Part shown: piece after piece, positions 27,761 through 37,845 of the stretch
How positions within the stretch are numbered: the stretch's first letter is position 1
Layout: each line of letters opens with the position of its first letter
Source: Candidatus Doudnabacteria bacterium
GTDB taxonomy: Bacteria; Patescibacteriota; Doudnabacteria; UBA920
DNA length: 64,000 bases
Direction of reading: 5' to 3'
NCBI GenBank assembly: GCA_016218585.1
Contig: JACRDK010000006.1
Coordinates: 1,823-65,822 of the forward strand
Made by a program: the position numbers and the translations under genes
The notes under the pieces: model-generated
The model's database searches: none
The model's input: only the letters and a program-made list of their open reading frames with translations
Told to the model about the DNA's origin: nothing

Positions 27761-28222
27761 ATGTCAAAAAAATATTTGCTCACAGCCGAGGGTCTACAAA
27801 AACTTCAGGAAGAATTAAAAGTTCTTATTAACGATAAAAGAAAAGAAGTTATTGAGCGCATCCGCGAAGCGGCTGCTCATGGCGACTTAAGCGAAAATGC
27901 TGACTACGCGCAGGCCCGCGAAGAACAAAGCTTTATAGAAGGCCGCATTCAGGAAATTGAAGACATTATAAAAAATGCCGAAATCATTACCACCAACAGC
28001 CATGGCAACACTGTCACCATCGGCTCTACTGTTACCGTTAAAGTTGGCGGTTTAGAAAAAAAATACTCTATTGTCGGCAGCAACGAAGCCAACCCAAAAG
28101 AAGGTAAAATTTCCAACGAATCATTGGTTGGCAAGGCAGTCTTAGGGAAAAAAGCCGGTGAAAAATTTAAAGTCTCCACTCCGGCAGGGGAAATTGACTA
28201 CGAAATAGTCTCATTGGAGTAA
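27761..28222 (+). CDS. greA: Transcription elongation factor GreA
   Basis: HGDLSENADY, ISNESLVGKAVLG. Confidence 0.96.
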   Translation: MSKKYLLTAEGLQKLQEELKVLINDKRKEVIERIREAAAHGDLSENADYAQAREEQSFIEGRIQEIEDIIKNAEIITTNSHGNTVTIGSTVTVKVGGLEKKYSIVGSNEANPKEGKISNESLVGKAVLGKKAGEKFKVSTPAGEIDYEIVSLE

Positions 28223-28226
28223 ATAT

Positions 28227-28598
28227 ATGAGCCAGGAAATGTGGCCAACTCTTCCACCAGAAGAGCTGAAAAAGCAAATGCAAAGCAACCTTGAAGCTGC
28301 CCGTCGTAACAAGGATCTCAGGGATGCTTTTGAATACAGCCCGGAACCTGAAAGAACAAAGCAAAAAACTTTAGCCACAGAACTGATACACGCTTTAACA
28401 GTAGCAGACGACGAATCCCTTGATTCTTTGCTAAACCCATTAGGGGAGACAACGACATCATTGGTTAGATCCTTGGTAGAAAAAAACAAAGATAACTTAG
28501 CAACAAAATATCTTCAAGAAATTGGCGAATTTAATAAGGTAACAAATGTTAAAAAGCGCCAGCAGATCCTGGAAAAGATAGTCAAACTTGCATTTTAA
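28227..28598 (+). CDS. Hypothetical protein
   Basis: 123-aa ORF starting 4 nt after the greA stop. Confidence 0.55.
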   Translation: MSQEMWPTLPPEELKKQMQSNLEAARRNKDLRDAFEYSPEPERTKQKTLATELIHALTVADDESLDSLLNPLGETTTSLVRSLVEKNKDNLATKYLQEIGEFNKVTNVKKRQQILEKIVKLAF

Positions 28599-28610
28599 AC
28601 ATACAATCAT

Positions 28611-28648
28611 CAAAAACCGCTCTTTTTTGCTTAAAGGGGCGGTTTTTG
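28611..28648 (+). terminator. Intrinsic terminator
   Basis: CAAAAACCGCTCTTT-AAAGGGGCGGTTTTTG. Confidence 0.65.
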
Positions 28649-28730
28649 TTATAATTATCTACAGAAATATATACAAATACTACAGAAACCTACAGACTAA
28701 AATAGTCTATTTTCTGTAGGCATCTGTAGA

Positions 28731-28750
28731 CCTACCTGCCGGCAGGCAGG
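28731..28750. repeat. 20-bp palindromic element within repeat arm
   Basis: CCTACCTGCCGGCAGGCAGG. Confidence 0.75.
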
Positions 28751-28779
28751 TTAGTATTAATTCGTAATTCAGTAGAAAT

Positions 28780-30264
28780 ATGTCGGAACGTTTAGAAGAT
28801 ATAATTGCGGCAAGAAAGCAAAAATTAGAAATTATTAAGCAAGCGGGGATAGATCCATACCCGTCTTTTAACTCGCGCACCCACACCAATCACGAAGCCT
28901 TAGACAAGTTTGATGAGCTGGGGGAACAGAGCATAACTTTAGTTGGGCGCATCCGGTCTTTCCGCGACATGGGAAAACTAATTTTCTGCCACATTGAAGA
29001 TGGCACAGCGCGTATTCAGGTTTTATTTAAATCGGACAATGTTGGCGCTGAAGAATTTAAATTTTTGTTAAAAAACTTTGACTCCGGCGATTTTATTGAA
29101 GTTACTGGCACTATATTTAAAACTAAGACCGAAGAAAAAACCCTGCAGGCTACAAGCTATAAACTTTTAGCCAAAAGCCTGCGCCCCCTGCCTTCCGAAC
29201 ACTATGGGCTGGAAGATGAAGAAATAAAATTGCGCAAACGCTATTTGGATATTTTAATGAATCCGGAAGTTAAAGATATATTTATTAAAAAGAACAAGTT
29301 TTGGTCCGCAATGCGTTCGTTCTTAGTGCAAAAGGGCTTCCTGGAGCTGGAAATGCCTGTTTTAGAGGCAGTGCCGGGCGGAGCCGAAGCCGAACCATTC
29401 ATTACTCATCATAACGCGTTAGACCGCGATTTTTATCTTAGGATTAGTTTGGAACTACCCTTAAAAAAAATGCTGGTTGCCGGTTATGAAAAAGTTTTTG
29501 AAATTGGCCGCATTTTCCGCAACGAAGGAATCTCGCCGGAACATTTGCAGGACTACACGCAAATGGAATTTTACTGGGCCTATGGCGATTTTGAAAAATT
29601 GATGGATATGGTTCAGGAAATGTACCAGCACATAATTCAAGAAACTTTTGGTACTTTAGAAATTACTTACCAAGGGACAAAAATAAACTGGGGCGGCAAT
29701 TGGCCGCGCGTGGATTATTTTGAAATCTTTAAAAAGCATACAGGCATAGATTTAAACACAGCAACCGAACAAGAACTAAAGGCTTACGCTGACAAAAAGC
29801 ATATTAAGTATGAAGAGTTTGCGGGCAAAGGCCGCGTGACTGATTTAATTTTTAAAAAGACTATCCGCATTCTGCCGGAAGTTGCCACTCAGCCAAGCTT
29901 TTTAATTAATCAGCCGATTGAGTTAGAGCCGTTGGCAAAACGCGACCCAAAAAATCCTAAAATGGTTCAACGTATGCAAATATTAGCGTGCGGCTCTGAG
30001 CTGGGCAAAGGTTTTGGGGAATTAAATGATCCGGTTGACCAACGCTCCCGCTTTGACGAGCAAATGAAACTTAGGCAAGCAGGGGATGGGGAAGCCCAAA
30101 TGCTCGACGAAGACTACGTGGAAGCAATGGAATACGGCATGCCTCCGGCAGCCGGTTTTGGAATTTCTGAACGCTTGTTTGCAGTTTTAATGGACCGCTC
30201 AATCCGCGAAACCGTCATCTTCCCGCCAATGAAAGAAAAAAACCGATCCGAATCTTCGAATTAA
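28780..30264 (+). CDS. lysS: Lysyl-tRNA synthetase (class II)
   Basis: GGAEAEPF, YLRISLEL, FRNEG, EYGMPPAAGFG. Confidence 0.96.
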   Translation: MSERLEDIIAARKQKLEIIKQAGIDPYPSFNSRTHTNHEALDKFDELGEQSITLVGRIRSFRDMGKLIFCHIEDGTARIQVLFKSDNVGAEEFKFLLKNFDSGDFIEVTGTIFKTKTEEKTLQATSYKLLAKSLRPLPSEHYGLEDEEIKLRKRYLDILMNPEVKDIFIKKNKFWSAMRSFLVQKGFLELEMPVLEAVPGGAEAEPFITHHNALDRDFYLRISLELPLKKMLVAGYEKVFEIGRIFRNEGISPEHLQDYTQMEFYWAYGDFEKLMDMVQEMYQHIIQETFGTLEITYQGTKINWGGNWPRVDYFEIFKKHTGIDLNTATEQELKAYADKKHIKYEEFAGKGRVTDLIFKKTIRILPEVATQPSFLINQPIELEPLAKRDPKNPKMVQRMQILACGSELGKGFGELNDPVDQRSRFDEQMKLRQAGDGEAQMLDEDYVEAMEYGMPPAAGFGISERLFAVLMDRSIRETVIFPPMKEKNRSESSN

Positions 30265-30351
30265 ACCCGAATGATCCTAATGCCAAATTCAAAAACTCTT
30301 TTTTTCTTACAATCTTAAATCTCATATCATAAATCTAAAATCTACTATTAT

Positions 30352-31680
30352 ATGTTGGACATAAAATTTGTTCGCGATAACCAAGAAATTGTAAAGAAAG
30401 CCATTGCCGATAAGCGCGTTGATTTAAATCTCGACGAGTTGTTGGATTTAGATTCCAAAAGGCGCGACCTGCTCACTGAACTGGAAAGCCTGCAGGCAAC
30501 CAAGAATGCCGTTTCCAAAAGCATTCCTCAGTTATCCGAAGAAGAAAAAAAGGTGAAATTTTTGGAGATGAAAGAAGTGGATGAGAAATCCAAAGTCTTA
30601 AAAGACGAGCTAAAACCAATTTTGGAAAATTACGACAGGCTTATTGCTTTAACGCCAAACATTCCAAGCCCCGAGACCCCAATCGGCAAAGATTCTTCCG
30701 GCAACATTCCTTGGCGTTATTGGAACAGCACGCTCGGAGTTGTTGACCCTACCAAAGAGCCGGAAAAAGTTGCGGAGATTCCCGCTAAGTTTAATTTTAC
30801 AATAAAAGACCATATTGCTTTAGGCAAAGATTTAGATTTAATAGATACTGAGACCGGGGTTAAAACTTCCGGCTTCCGCGGATATTATTTAAAAAATGAA
30901 GCCGTGTTAATGCAGTACGGCCTAATTTGGCTTGCATTGAAAAAAATGCAGGAAAAAGGCTTTACGCTCATGGTACCGCCGGTGCTGGTGCGCGAGTTTG
31001 CCTTGTTTGGCAGCGGACACTTTCCGGCCGGCCGCGATGAAATATATAAAATTGCCAACACCGATGAAAAAGACCAAATATATTTAGCCGGCACATCCGA
31101 ACCTTCTTTGCTCGCGTATTATGAAGGAAAAACGTTAACCGAAAAAGATCTGCCAATTAAAGTTTGCGGCGTTTCTTCCTGCTATCGCAGCGAAGTAGGC
31201 TCTTACGGCAAAGACACCCGGGGCATTTATCGCATCCACGAATTTATGAAAGTGGAACAGGTGGTTATGTGTAAAGCGGAAACCGCCGAGAGCGACCAGT
31301 GGTTGGAAACAATGAGAGAAATTGCCGAAGGCATGCTGCAAGACTTAAAACTGCCATACCGCGTACTAAATATCTGTACCGGGGATATGGGAGCCGGCAA
31401 GTATAAAATGTACGACATTGAAACCTGGATGCCTTCTAGGAACGACTTTGGCGAAACCCACTCGGATTCAAACCTTACCGACTGGCAGGCAAGAAGGCTG
31501 AATATAAAGTACAAAGACAAACAGGGCAAGACCAAATATGTTTATACCCTAAACAACACTGTCATTGCTTCCCCCCGCATCTTAATTGCCATTTTAGAAA
31601 ATTACCAGCAAGCCGACGGCAGCATTCTGGTCCCGGAAGTTTTAAAACCATACATTGGCAAAGACGTAATTAAGAAATGA
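30352..31680 (+). CDS. serS: Seryl-tRNA synthetase
   Basis: MLDIKFVR, YLAGTSE, GIYRIHEFMKVEQ, LENYQQADG. Confidence 0.96.
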   Translation: MLDIKFVRDNQEIVKKAIADKRVDLNLDELLDLDSKRRDLLTELESLQATKNAVSKSIPQLSEEEKKVKFLEMKEVDEKSKVLKDELKPILENYDRLIALTPNIPSPETPIGKDSSGNIPWRYWNSTLGVVDPTKEPEKVAEIPAKFNFTIKDHIALGKDLDLIDTETGVKTSGFRGYYLKNEAVLMQYGLIWLALKKMQEKGFTLMVPPVLVREFALFGSGHFPAGRDEIYKIANTDEKDQIYLAGTSEPSLLAYYEGKTLTEKDLPIKVCGVSSCYRSEVGSYGKDTRGIYRIHEFMKVEQVVMCKAETAESDQWLETMREIAEGMLQDLKLPYRVLNICTGDMGAGKYKMYDIETWMPSRNDFGETHSDSNLTDWQARRLNIKYKDKQGKTKYVYTLNNTVIASPRILIAILENYQQADGSILVPEVLKPYIGKDVIKK

Positions 31681-31724
31681 GATACTGACAGGGAATCCGT
31701 AGGTATCTGTAAATCTGAATTTAT

Positions 31725-32708
31725 ATGTTCGGCAAAAACAAAAAGAAACTAGATCCCCGTGTTCGTTTTCAAAATCGCGGTTTTCAGAAACAGCTGGACT
31801 CGCAAAGAAACTATAAACGGACAAAAAAAACGCTCCCTCAAACTGATTGGGGTGTTTTTTTGTCAAAAATTGGCTTAGGTTCCTGGCCGGCAAGACTAGG
31901 CAGCCTGGCTCTTTTTCTATTTATAATTTACATTGTTTTTATTCCAAACCTGTTTTTTATTAAAAATGTAACTATTAACGGCCTTGATGAAAGCAAAACT
32001 GCGGATGTAAAAACAGTTGCCGAATCTTTTCTAAAAAAGAGCCTGCCCTGGCCGCAAAAAAATATTTTATTGCTATCTAAAAACAAACTCACCAAATATT
32101 TATTGGAAAACAACCAAAGCGTTCTTAAAGTGGATAAAATTACCAAAGATTTTCCCAATACTTTGGTAATTAACATAACTCCGAGGCTGGATACTTTTAC
32201 AATTATTGCCCAAAGCGGAGTATATGCCGCAGCCAATGATGGCTTAATAAAAAAACAGCTGGCTCCTGAATATACAGCCAGCACAACCTTGCCAAACGGT
32301 CTAATCTTAATTAAGCTAACAACAAGTGAAACTTTGTTTGCGGGCAAGCACGCCTTCCCCGCAGAAACCGCTAATTTTTTACTGACTATAAACAACCAGG
32401 TTCCAAATATAGTTAAGAGCCCGCTGGAACACTTTGAGTTGGCCGACCAGCCAAATACCGACCTGACAGTTTTTACGCAAAGCGGGCTAAAACTTTTATT
32501 TGACTTAAAATCTGACCCGCAAGTAGTTGCGGAAAGGTTACAACTTCTGCTTAGCCAGTTTAGCGACGCGGATTTAAAAAGCCTGGATTATGTTGATATG
32601 CGCTTTGACAGCAGGGGATATATATGTAAAAAAGGGGCGGCCTGTGTTAAAAATACCATTTTGCCGGTGAATAATGCCACCGACACAACCGACAGTATAA
32701 TTAACTAA
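31725..32708 (+). CDS. FtsQ/DivIB-like POTRA-domain membrane protein
   Basis: TM, F.IKNVTING, KDFPNTLVINI, C-terminal YVDMRF. Confidence 0.7.
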   Translation: MFGKNKKKLDPRVRFQNRGFQKQLDSQRNYKRTKKTLPQTDWGVFLSKIGLGSWPARLGSLALFLFIIYIVFIPNLFFIKNVTINGLDESKTADVKTVAESFLKKSLPWPQKNILLLSKNKLTKYLLENNQSVLKVDKITKDFPNTLVINITPRLDTFTIIAQSGVYAAANDGLIKKQLAPEYTASTTLPNGLILIKLTTSETLFAGKHAFPAETANFLLTINNQVPNIVKSPLEHFELADQPNTDLTVFTQSGLKLLFDLKSDPQVVAERLQLLLSQFSDADLKSLDYVDMRFDSRGYICKKGAACVKNTILPVNNATDTTDSIIN

Positions 32709-32721
32709 CTTTAAACAATTT

Positions 32722-33405
32722 ATGAAAAGCAAACTTTTTGTCATTTCAGTCGGAGGTTCGTTGATTAACCCTGGAGAAGTTGACACTGCTTTTTTGAACA
32801 ACTTAAAAAAATTAATTATCAACCAAACTGCAAAAGGCAACCGCTTTATTTTAATTTGCGGCGGCGGCAAGTTATCCAGAAAATACGCAGATGCTTTAAA
32901 AACAACTTCTACCCCTTCCGCTGACGATTTGGACTGGCTTGGCATACAAGCAACCTGGCTAAACGCAAAATTAGTCCAGCTTATGTTTGGCAAACTGGCT
33001 CATAAAACCATAATTTCCGACCCCAATAAAAAAGTAAACTTTAAAGAGAAAATTCTTGTTGCCGGCGGCTGGACACCCGGAAGAAGCACGGACGACGATG
33101 CGGTGCGCCTGGCAAAAATTTATGGCAGCCAAACCGTAATAAACCTGAGCAATATAGATTTTGCTTATGACAAAGATCCAAACAAATTCAAAGACGCAAA
33201 AAAAATTACCTTAATTTCCTGGGCGGAGTTTAAAAAAATTGTCGGCAACAAATGGGACCCGGGCAAAAATGCGCCTTTTGACCCAACAGCAACCGCGCTG
33301 GCCTCCAAACTTAAACTACAGGTAATTATTGCCAACGGGAAAAACCTAACTAACCTGGAAAACATTTTGCAAAATAAACCATTCCTCGGCACAACCATTC
33401 ATTAA
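32722..33405 (+). CDS. pyrH: UMP kinase (archaeal-type)
   Basis: ISVGGSLI, GGGKLSRKY, GGWTPGRSTD, NAPFDP. Confidence 0.9.
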   Translation: MKSKLFVISVGGSLINPGEVDTAFLNNLKKLIINQTAKGNRFILICGGGKLSRKYADALKTTSTPSADDLDWLGIQATWLNAKLVQLMFGKLAHKTIISDPNKKVNFKEKILVAGGWTPGRSTDDDAVRLAKIYGSQTVINLSNIDFAYDKDPNKFKDAKKITLISWAEFKKIVGNKWDPGKNAPFDPTATALASKLKLQVIIANGKNLTNLENILQNKPFLGTTIH

Positions 33406-33432
33406 ATTAAATTGGCCAAAAATAAATAAAAT

Positions 33433-33460
33433 AAAAATTCCGGTTCCCCGGAATTTTTTT
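33433..33460. terminator. Bidirectional terminator
   Basis: AAAAATTCCGG-CCGGAATTTTTTT between convergent genes. Confidence 0.65.
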
Positions 33461-33520
33461 ATTTGCAGTGATTTGTGTTTTCAATCTGCGACATTTGATT
33501 TTTATCTGCGCATCAGCGAT

Positions 33521-35107
33521 CTAATTCACTTTATACTCCGTAATATAAATCATTGTCCCGGGGTAAGGCCTTACATCCTGGTACCCCTTTTCATCTATTT
33601 TAACCCAGTTGGCAGGCGTTTCTGGTTTATTAGAGCCAAAAGCATACGTCCAAACAAGCCAAACTGTGTCTTCCCGGTTTACCGCGGCCTTAAAGTCCGG
33701 GACTAAATCCGCATCGGTAAGCAAAGCCACTCCTTCTACGTGTGAAAGCTGATTAGCATGAACGCGTCCGCCGGTAAAAAGCAATGGCCTTGTGGGGATT
33801 GGGTCCAAAACAGTGCCGTAATATTTATAATTAAAAAATTCATAGGATGTCCCAACAAAAACATGATGCTTTGGCTCAACATTGGTTGCCAAGAATCTGG
33901 CAGCCGCAGCCATCCCGGGCTTGCCAGCCACATCTAACTGTTTCCAGTAGTGGGCATAGGCGGTTAGGTTTAAAATACAATAGACCAAAAATAAAGAAAC
34001 AGATAACCATTTAACTTTAATTTCCTTTAGCCAAACCGCTAAGGCCACGGAGTAGAACAAACTGCCGAACAAAAAATATCTGTCCAAATAAACCGAAGAA
34101 TCACTGCCTTTTAGTTTAGCTAAAACGGCAAACAATATTGCTCCGCCAAAAGGCGCGGCAATGGCCAAAACAGCAAGCCATTTAGCAAAACTTTCTGTCT
34201 TCCTGATAAAACGATAAAGCATAAACAAGCTAAACAAAGTAACTAAAACCAGCAAAATTTGGGTATTACTTTTGTTTATATCTCTTTCAAATCCCAAAAG
34301 CATATCCCAAAAAGTTGAAGGAATGCTCCACACATTCATTTTGGAGATCCAATAACCGTCTTGCACCTGGCGATACTGGAACAAAAATGTTTTTAACCAG
34401 GGAAGAAAAGAAATAACAATTAAGACATAAGATGTAAGAATTGGAACAAATTTTTTCCATCCGCCCTGATGATGCAAGTACAAATACAACAAACCGTAAA
34501 AACCCAAAGCCGCAGCCGTAAAAAACAAATAGTAGTGAGTGTAAATAATAATTATTGTTGAGACAGTAAAACCAACATAGCCCCACAGCATTTTTCTTTT
34601 GGCGCTAATTAGTTCCGGAGTGTTTGGCATATTCTGTTTTTCCAGCTCAACCACTGACTTGTGCTGAGTTAAAGCTTTCACCAAAAAATATGCAGCCATT
34701 AAAGCAAAGAAGGCGCCAAAAGTATACATTCTGGCTTCGGTTACGTACTGCAGCTGAAAAGGGTTAATAGCAATGAAGGCGGCTGCCCAAAGGGCGGCTT
34801 TTTCGCTTTTAAATGCTTCTTTGGTAAATAACCAGCCGGCCCAAATTGCCGCGGTGCCAAAAAATATGGAAAAGCCACGCAATGAGAGCATCGATTCGCC
34901 AAAAATATAATGCCATAGCCGCAAAGCCACATAATACATTGGCGGGTGGACATCTAGGCCTAAGCGATAAAACATTTCTCCCCAAGGGTAGCGGATCATC
35001 AGCGCGCTAAAAGCTTCGTCGTGCCAAAGAGAAATATCTAAATTATGATAAAACCGCAAAAGCACTCCGGCAATTAAAATTATTGTAAGTGGAATATATT
35101 TTTTCAT
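33521..35107 (-). CDS. GT-C fold glycosyltransferase (PMT/ArnT-like)
   Basis: SLWHDEAFS, DVHPPMYY, EARMY, multiple TM helices. Confidence 0.85.
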   Translation of the reverse strand: MKKYIPLTIILIAGVLLRFYHNLDISLWHDEAFSALMIRYPWGEMFYRLGLDVHPPMYYVALRLWHYIFGESMLSLRGFSIFFGTAAIWAGWLFTKEAFKSEKAALWAAAFIAINPFQLQYVTEARMYTFGAFFALMAAYFLVKALTQHKSVVELEKQNMPNTPELISAKRKMLWGYVGFTVSTIIIIYTHYYLFFTAAALGFYGLLYLYLHHQGGWKKFVPILTSYVLIVISFLPWLKTFLFQYRQVQDGYWISKMNVWSIPSTFWDMLLGFERDINKSNTQILLVLVTLFSLFMLYRFIRKTESFAKWLAVLAIAAPFGGAILFAVLAKLKGSDSSVYLDRYFLFGSLFYSVALAVWLKEIKVKWLSVSLFLVYCILNLTAYAHYWKQLDVAGKPGMAAAARFLATNVEPKHHVFVGTSYEFFNYKYYGTVLDPIPTRPLLFTGGRVHANQLSHVEGVALLTDADLVPDFKAAVNREDTVWLVWTYAFGSNKPETPANWVKIDEKGYQDVRPYPGTMIYITEYKVN

Positions 35108-35112
35108 ATTTT

Positions 35113-37206
35113 TTAATTTACTGTGCCTGCTGGAACAGGCGCGTAATAATATTTATTATTAATTTTGCAATATGCTGCTTCAGATTTTATGCCAGTCTGG
35201 CCATTATTTTTAATACAATCATCGTATCCGCTAACTGACTTTTTCGGCGCAGCCGCTTCTGCTGCAACACAGCTCCCGGGCACATCACCGCAGTCCGATG
35301 TACAAGCGCCATCATTACTGCAAGAGCTCGGCACACAAAGCGTTTGGCAGGATTGCGGACAATTGGAGAACGTATAATTTTCACAGCTGGTCTGTGTTTT
35401 GCCTTGAATATTTTTTGTTTCTTTAATTTTATAAACCGCCAAGATGCTCTGTTTGAATTGATTTCTAAATTCCGCTGCCAGGCTAAATTCCGGATGGTAT
35501 GCTTTAAATTTCTTGGTGTCAAACATTGAACTTTGGGTAAAAACCACTTCGTCGCCTGATTTTAAATTTTGCAGTTTCCAGGAATCTTCCGGATCTACCT
35601 GAATGTAGGGGACATTGCACGGGCTGTTAAAATTGCCGTGCGGGTCGGAAGTGAAATAATCGGTGGTTTGCACGGAAAATTTATCCAAAACAAGATAAGT
35701 GGAATTTTTTGTGGACTCGCCGTTTTTTGCAACAGATTGGTTGCAGCGGTCTACCAAATATTTACTCACTTGAGTGAGATCGGAACGGAAATAATAAAAG
35801 TTTTCCGGCGAATTGGCGGCATATACAAAATATGCCAAATAAGCCTGGCTGCTTAAAGCCACAATAAAACAAACCACTACTAATTTTAAACCGGCGTTAA
35901 TTAATCTCATTCTTGGGGGAACGAGCGCGTGGTCTTTCATCCATTGCGGATCTTTATAATGGCTTAAAACCCGGCCCCAAAGTTTTTGATGGGCCTTCCA
36001 AACCAAACTCCCAAATTCATACAAAACAAACGCGGAAATAATGAACACCGCCGGAATAACGCCAATCGCCCTAAGTCCGTGGGGGATTCCTTCCGCTGTT
36101 GTAACCACAGGCAAAAGCATTCCCCAAAACCAAACTGCCAGCAAAAAATATGGCCAGTATTTTTCTTTTTTATTTGGAGCAAAAAAATACCAGGCTCCGA
36201 GAAGCGTAATTAAAATTAAACCGATTGCAAAAAATGGGCTATATAACTGGGACAAAAATGGCTGTCCGGAAATATTGGAGCGCCAGTTTAAATCGCCCTG
36301 GGTAAAGAAGCCCATTATTTGAACTCTGGCAACTTCAACAACTACCGGCAAAACAACGCCAAGCGGCGGCTTGCCTTGCAACTGTTCACCATTAAAAGAA
36401 TATAATTCCGGATTAAACACGCTCACTTGCCCGGCGCGGCCAATAAAAGAGCCGGGGTGGTCGTAAAAATATTTGCCGATTGGAAAAATAACAATCAAGA
36501 AAGCTACAAGAAATCCTAAAGAAGGCAAGAAGTACTTTTTAATTTGATACCATAATAATTTTTGCCTAAACGCGCCCAGCATTGGCCAAACAACTACGGC
36601 AAACAAAGCAGGGGCCATAATGCGGAAGGCAATATAAGTATAAAAACCCAAAGCAAAACTGGCGCCGGTTAAAACCGCAAATATAATGCGTTTTTTATTT
36701 GTTACTGCCTGGTAAGTTTTAATTAAAAAATAAAATGTCAGGGAAGCAAACAGCGGAATGCAGACCGCGCGGAAAGCGGTGCGCGAAAGCACAATATGCC
36801 AGGTTGAAACCGCCATTAAAAAAGTAGCGAGCAAGGCAATATTTACTGCCCGGTTCTGCCCGTCCTTGTCATCTTCCGCAACTTTAAATGTAAAAATTCT
36901 TCTGGCAACTAAAAAACACATTAACACAGACAGAACGCCAATTAGCGCGGAAACAATATGATGTTGCCACGGACCTTTGCCAAAAATTTCCACGCTGCCC
37001 CAAAGCATATAAAAAAACAGAGCTTCCCGGCCGTTGCCGCGTTCATAAAACGGCTGCAGATGGCCGCTCTGCATTAAATTTATATCCAAACCATTTGCTG
37101 CCTCATCCGGGAACAACCCTCCCGGCATATGGGTTATCTGAAAATATCTAAAAAATACTGCCAGAATGATTATCCCGGCGAGCAAAAACTTTTGTTTGGG
37201 TGTCAT
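35113..37206 (-). CDS. GT-C fold glycosyltransferase with Cys-rich C-terminal extension
   Basis: PGGLFPDEAANG, WHIVLSR, GFYTYIAFR, C-terminal 10-Cys tail. Confidence 0.85.
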   Translation of the reverse strand: MTPKQKFLLAGIIILAVFFRYFQITHMPGGLFPDEAANGLDINLMQSGHLQPFYERGNGREALFFYMLWGSVEIFGKGPWQHHIVSALIGVLSVLMCFLVARRIFTFKVAEDDKDGQNRAVNIALLATFLMAVSTWHIVLSRTAFRAVCIPLFASLTFYFLIKTYQAVTNKKRIIFAVLTGASFALGFYTYIAFRIMAPALFAVVVWPMLGAFRQKLLWYQIKKYFLPSLGFLVAFLIVIFPIGKYFYDHPGSFIGRAGQVSVFNPELYSFNGEQLQGKPPLGVVLPVVVEVARVQIMGFFTQGDLNWRSNISGQPFLSQLYSPFFAIGLILITLLGAWYFFAPNKKEKYWPYFLLAVWFWGMLLPVVTTAEGIPHGLRAIGVIPAVFIISAFVLYEFGSLVWKAHQKLWGRVLSHYKDPQWMKDHALVPPRMRLINAGLKLVVVCFIVALSSQAYLAYFVYAANSPENFYYFRSDLTQVSKYLVDRCNQSVAKNGESTKNSTYLVLDKFSVQTTDYFTSDPHGNFNSPCNVPYIQVDPEDSWKLQNLKSGDEVVFTQSSMFDTKKFKAYHPEFSLAAEFRNQFKQSILAVYKIKETKNIQGKTQTSCENYTFSNCPQSCQTLCVPSSCSNDGACTSDCGDVPGSCVAAEAAAPKKSVSGYDDCIKNNGQTGIKSEAAYCKINNKYYYAPVPAGTVN

Positions 37207-37217
37207 ATTGTTTATTT

Positions 37218-37319
37218 GTAACTTTTCACAACCCTGAGTTTCTCCATGTAGTTGCTCGATTTATCGAGCGGGTAAGCCTGATAAATCAGGCAACTACACC
37301 CAGCCTTGTGAACTGTTAC
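37218..37319. repeat. REPIN-like doublet of GTAG-type REP palindromes within an outer inverted repeat
   Basis: TGTAGTTGCTCGATTTATCGAGC / GCCTGATAAATCAGGCAACTACA (37247-37298). Outer arms GTAACTTTTCACAA / TTGTGAACTGTTAC. Confidence 0.7.
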
Positions 37320-37418
37320 TTTAATTTATCTGGCTAAATAATAAGAATTTTGGTATAATAAACAAGCAAACCTCTTAAATAAGCGAAATTACCTCAAAAA
37401 AATAACACACTCCCTATT

Positions 37419-37775
37419 ATGGAATCGGTTTGGAGACAAAAAATTAAACTTTATTTTACAAACATTTGGTTTCTTTGGGTGCTTTGTCTGATTTTTAATA
37501 TTATAACATTTTTATTCATATTAATCAAAATCAGCCCTGGCGAACAAACTTTAGCTTTGCGTTATAACGTGCTGGCAGGGGTTGAGTGGTATGGTAAAGG
37601 GAAAAATTTGTATTTTATTCCGGGGGTAGGGCTCGTAATTACCGGGGTTAATTTTACTTTGTTCCGGGCATTAAAAAATAACGAGAACTTTTTAATTTCT
37701 TTAACAGTATTTGCCAGTTTAAGCGTGCAGGTGGTTTTATTTATCTCCGCCTTATTTTTAGCAAAAGTAAATTAG
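37419..37775 (+). CDS. Hypothetical 3-TM membrane protein
   Basis: LRYNVLAGVEWYG loop between TM helices. Confidence 0.65.
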   Translation: MESVWRQKIKLYFTNIWFLWVLCLIFNIITFLFILIKISPGEQTLALRYNVLAGVEWYGKGKNLYFIPGVGLVITGVNFTLFRALKNNENFLISLTVFASLSVQVVLFISALFLAKVN

Positions 37776-37845
37776 CACTACGGAAAACTACAGAATCATC
37801 AGCAAAGGCTTCTGTAGATTCGTATTATTTTGTAGTTCTGTAGCT

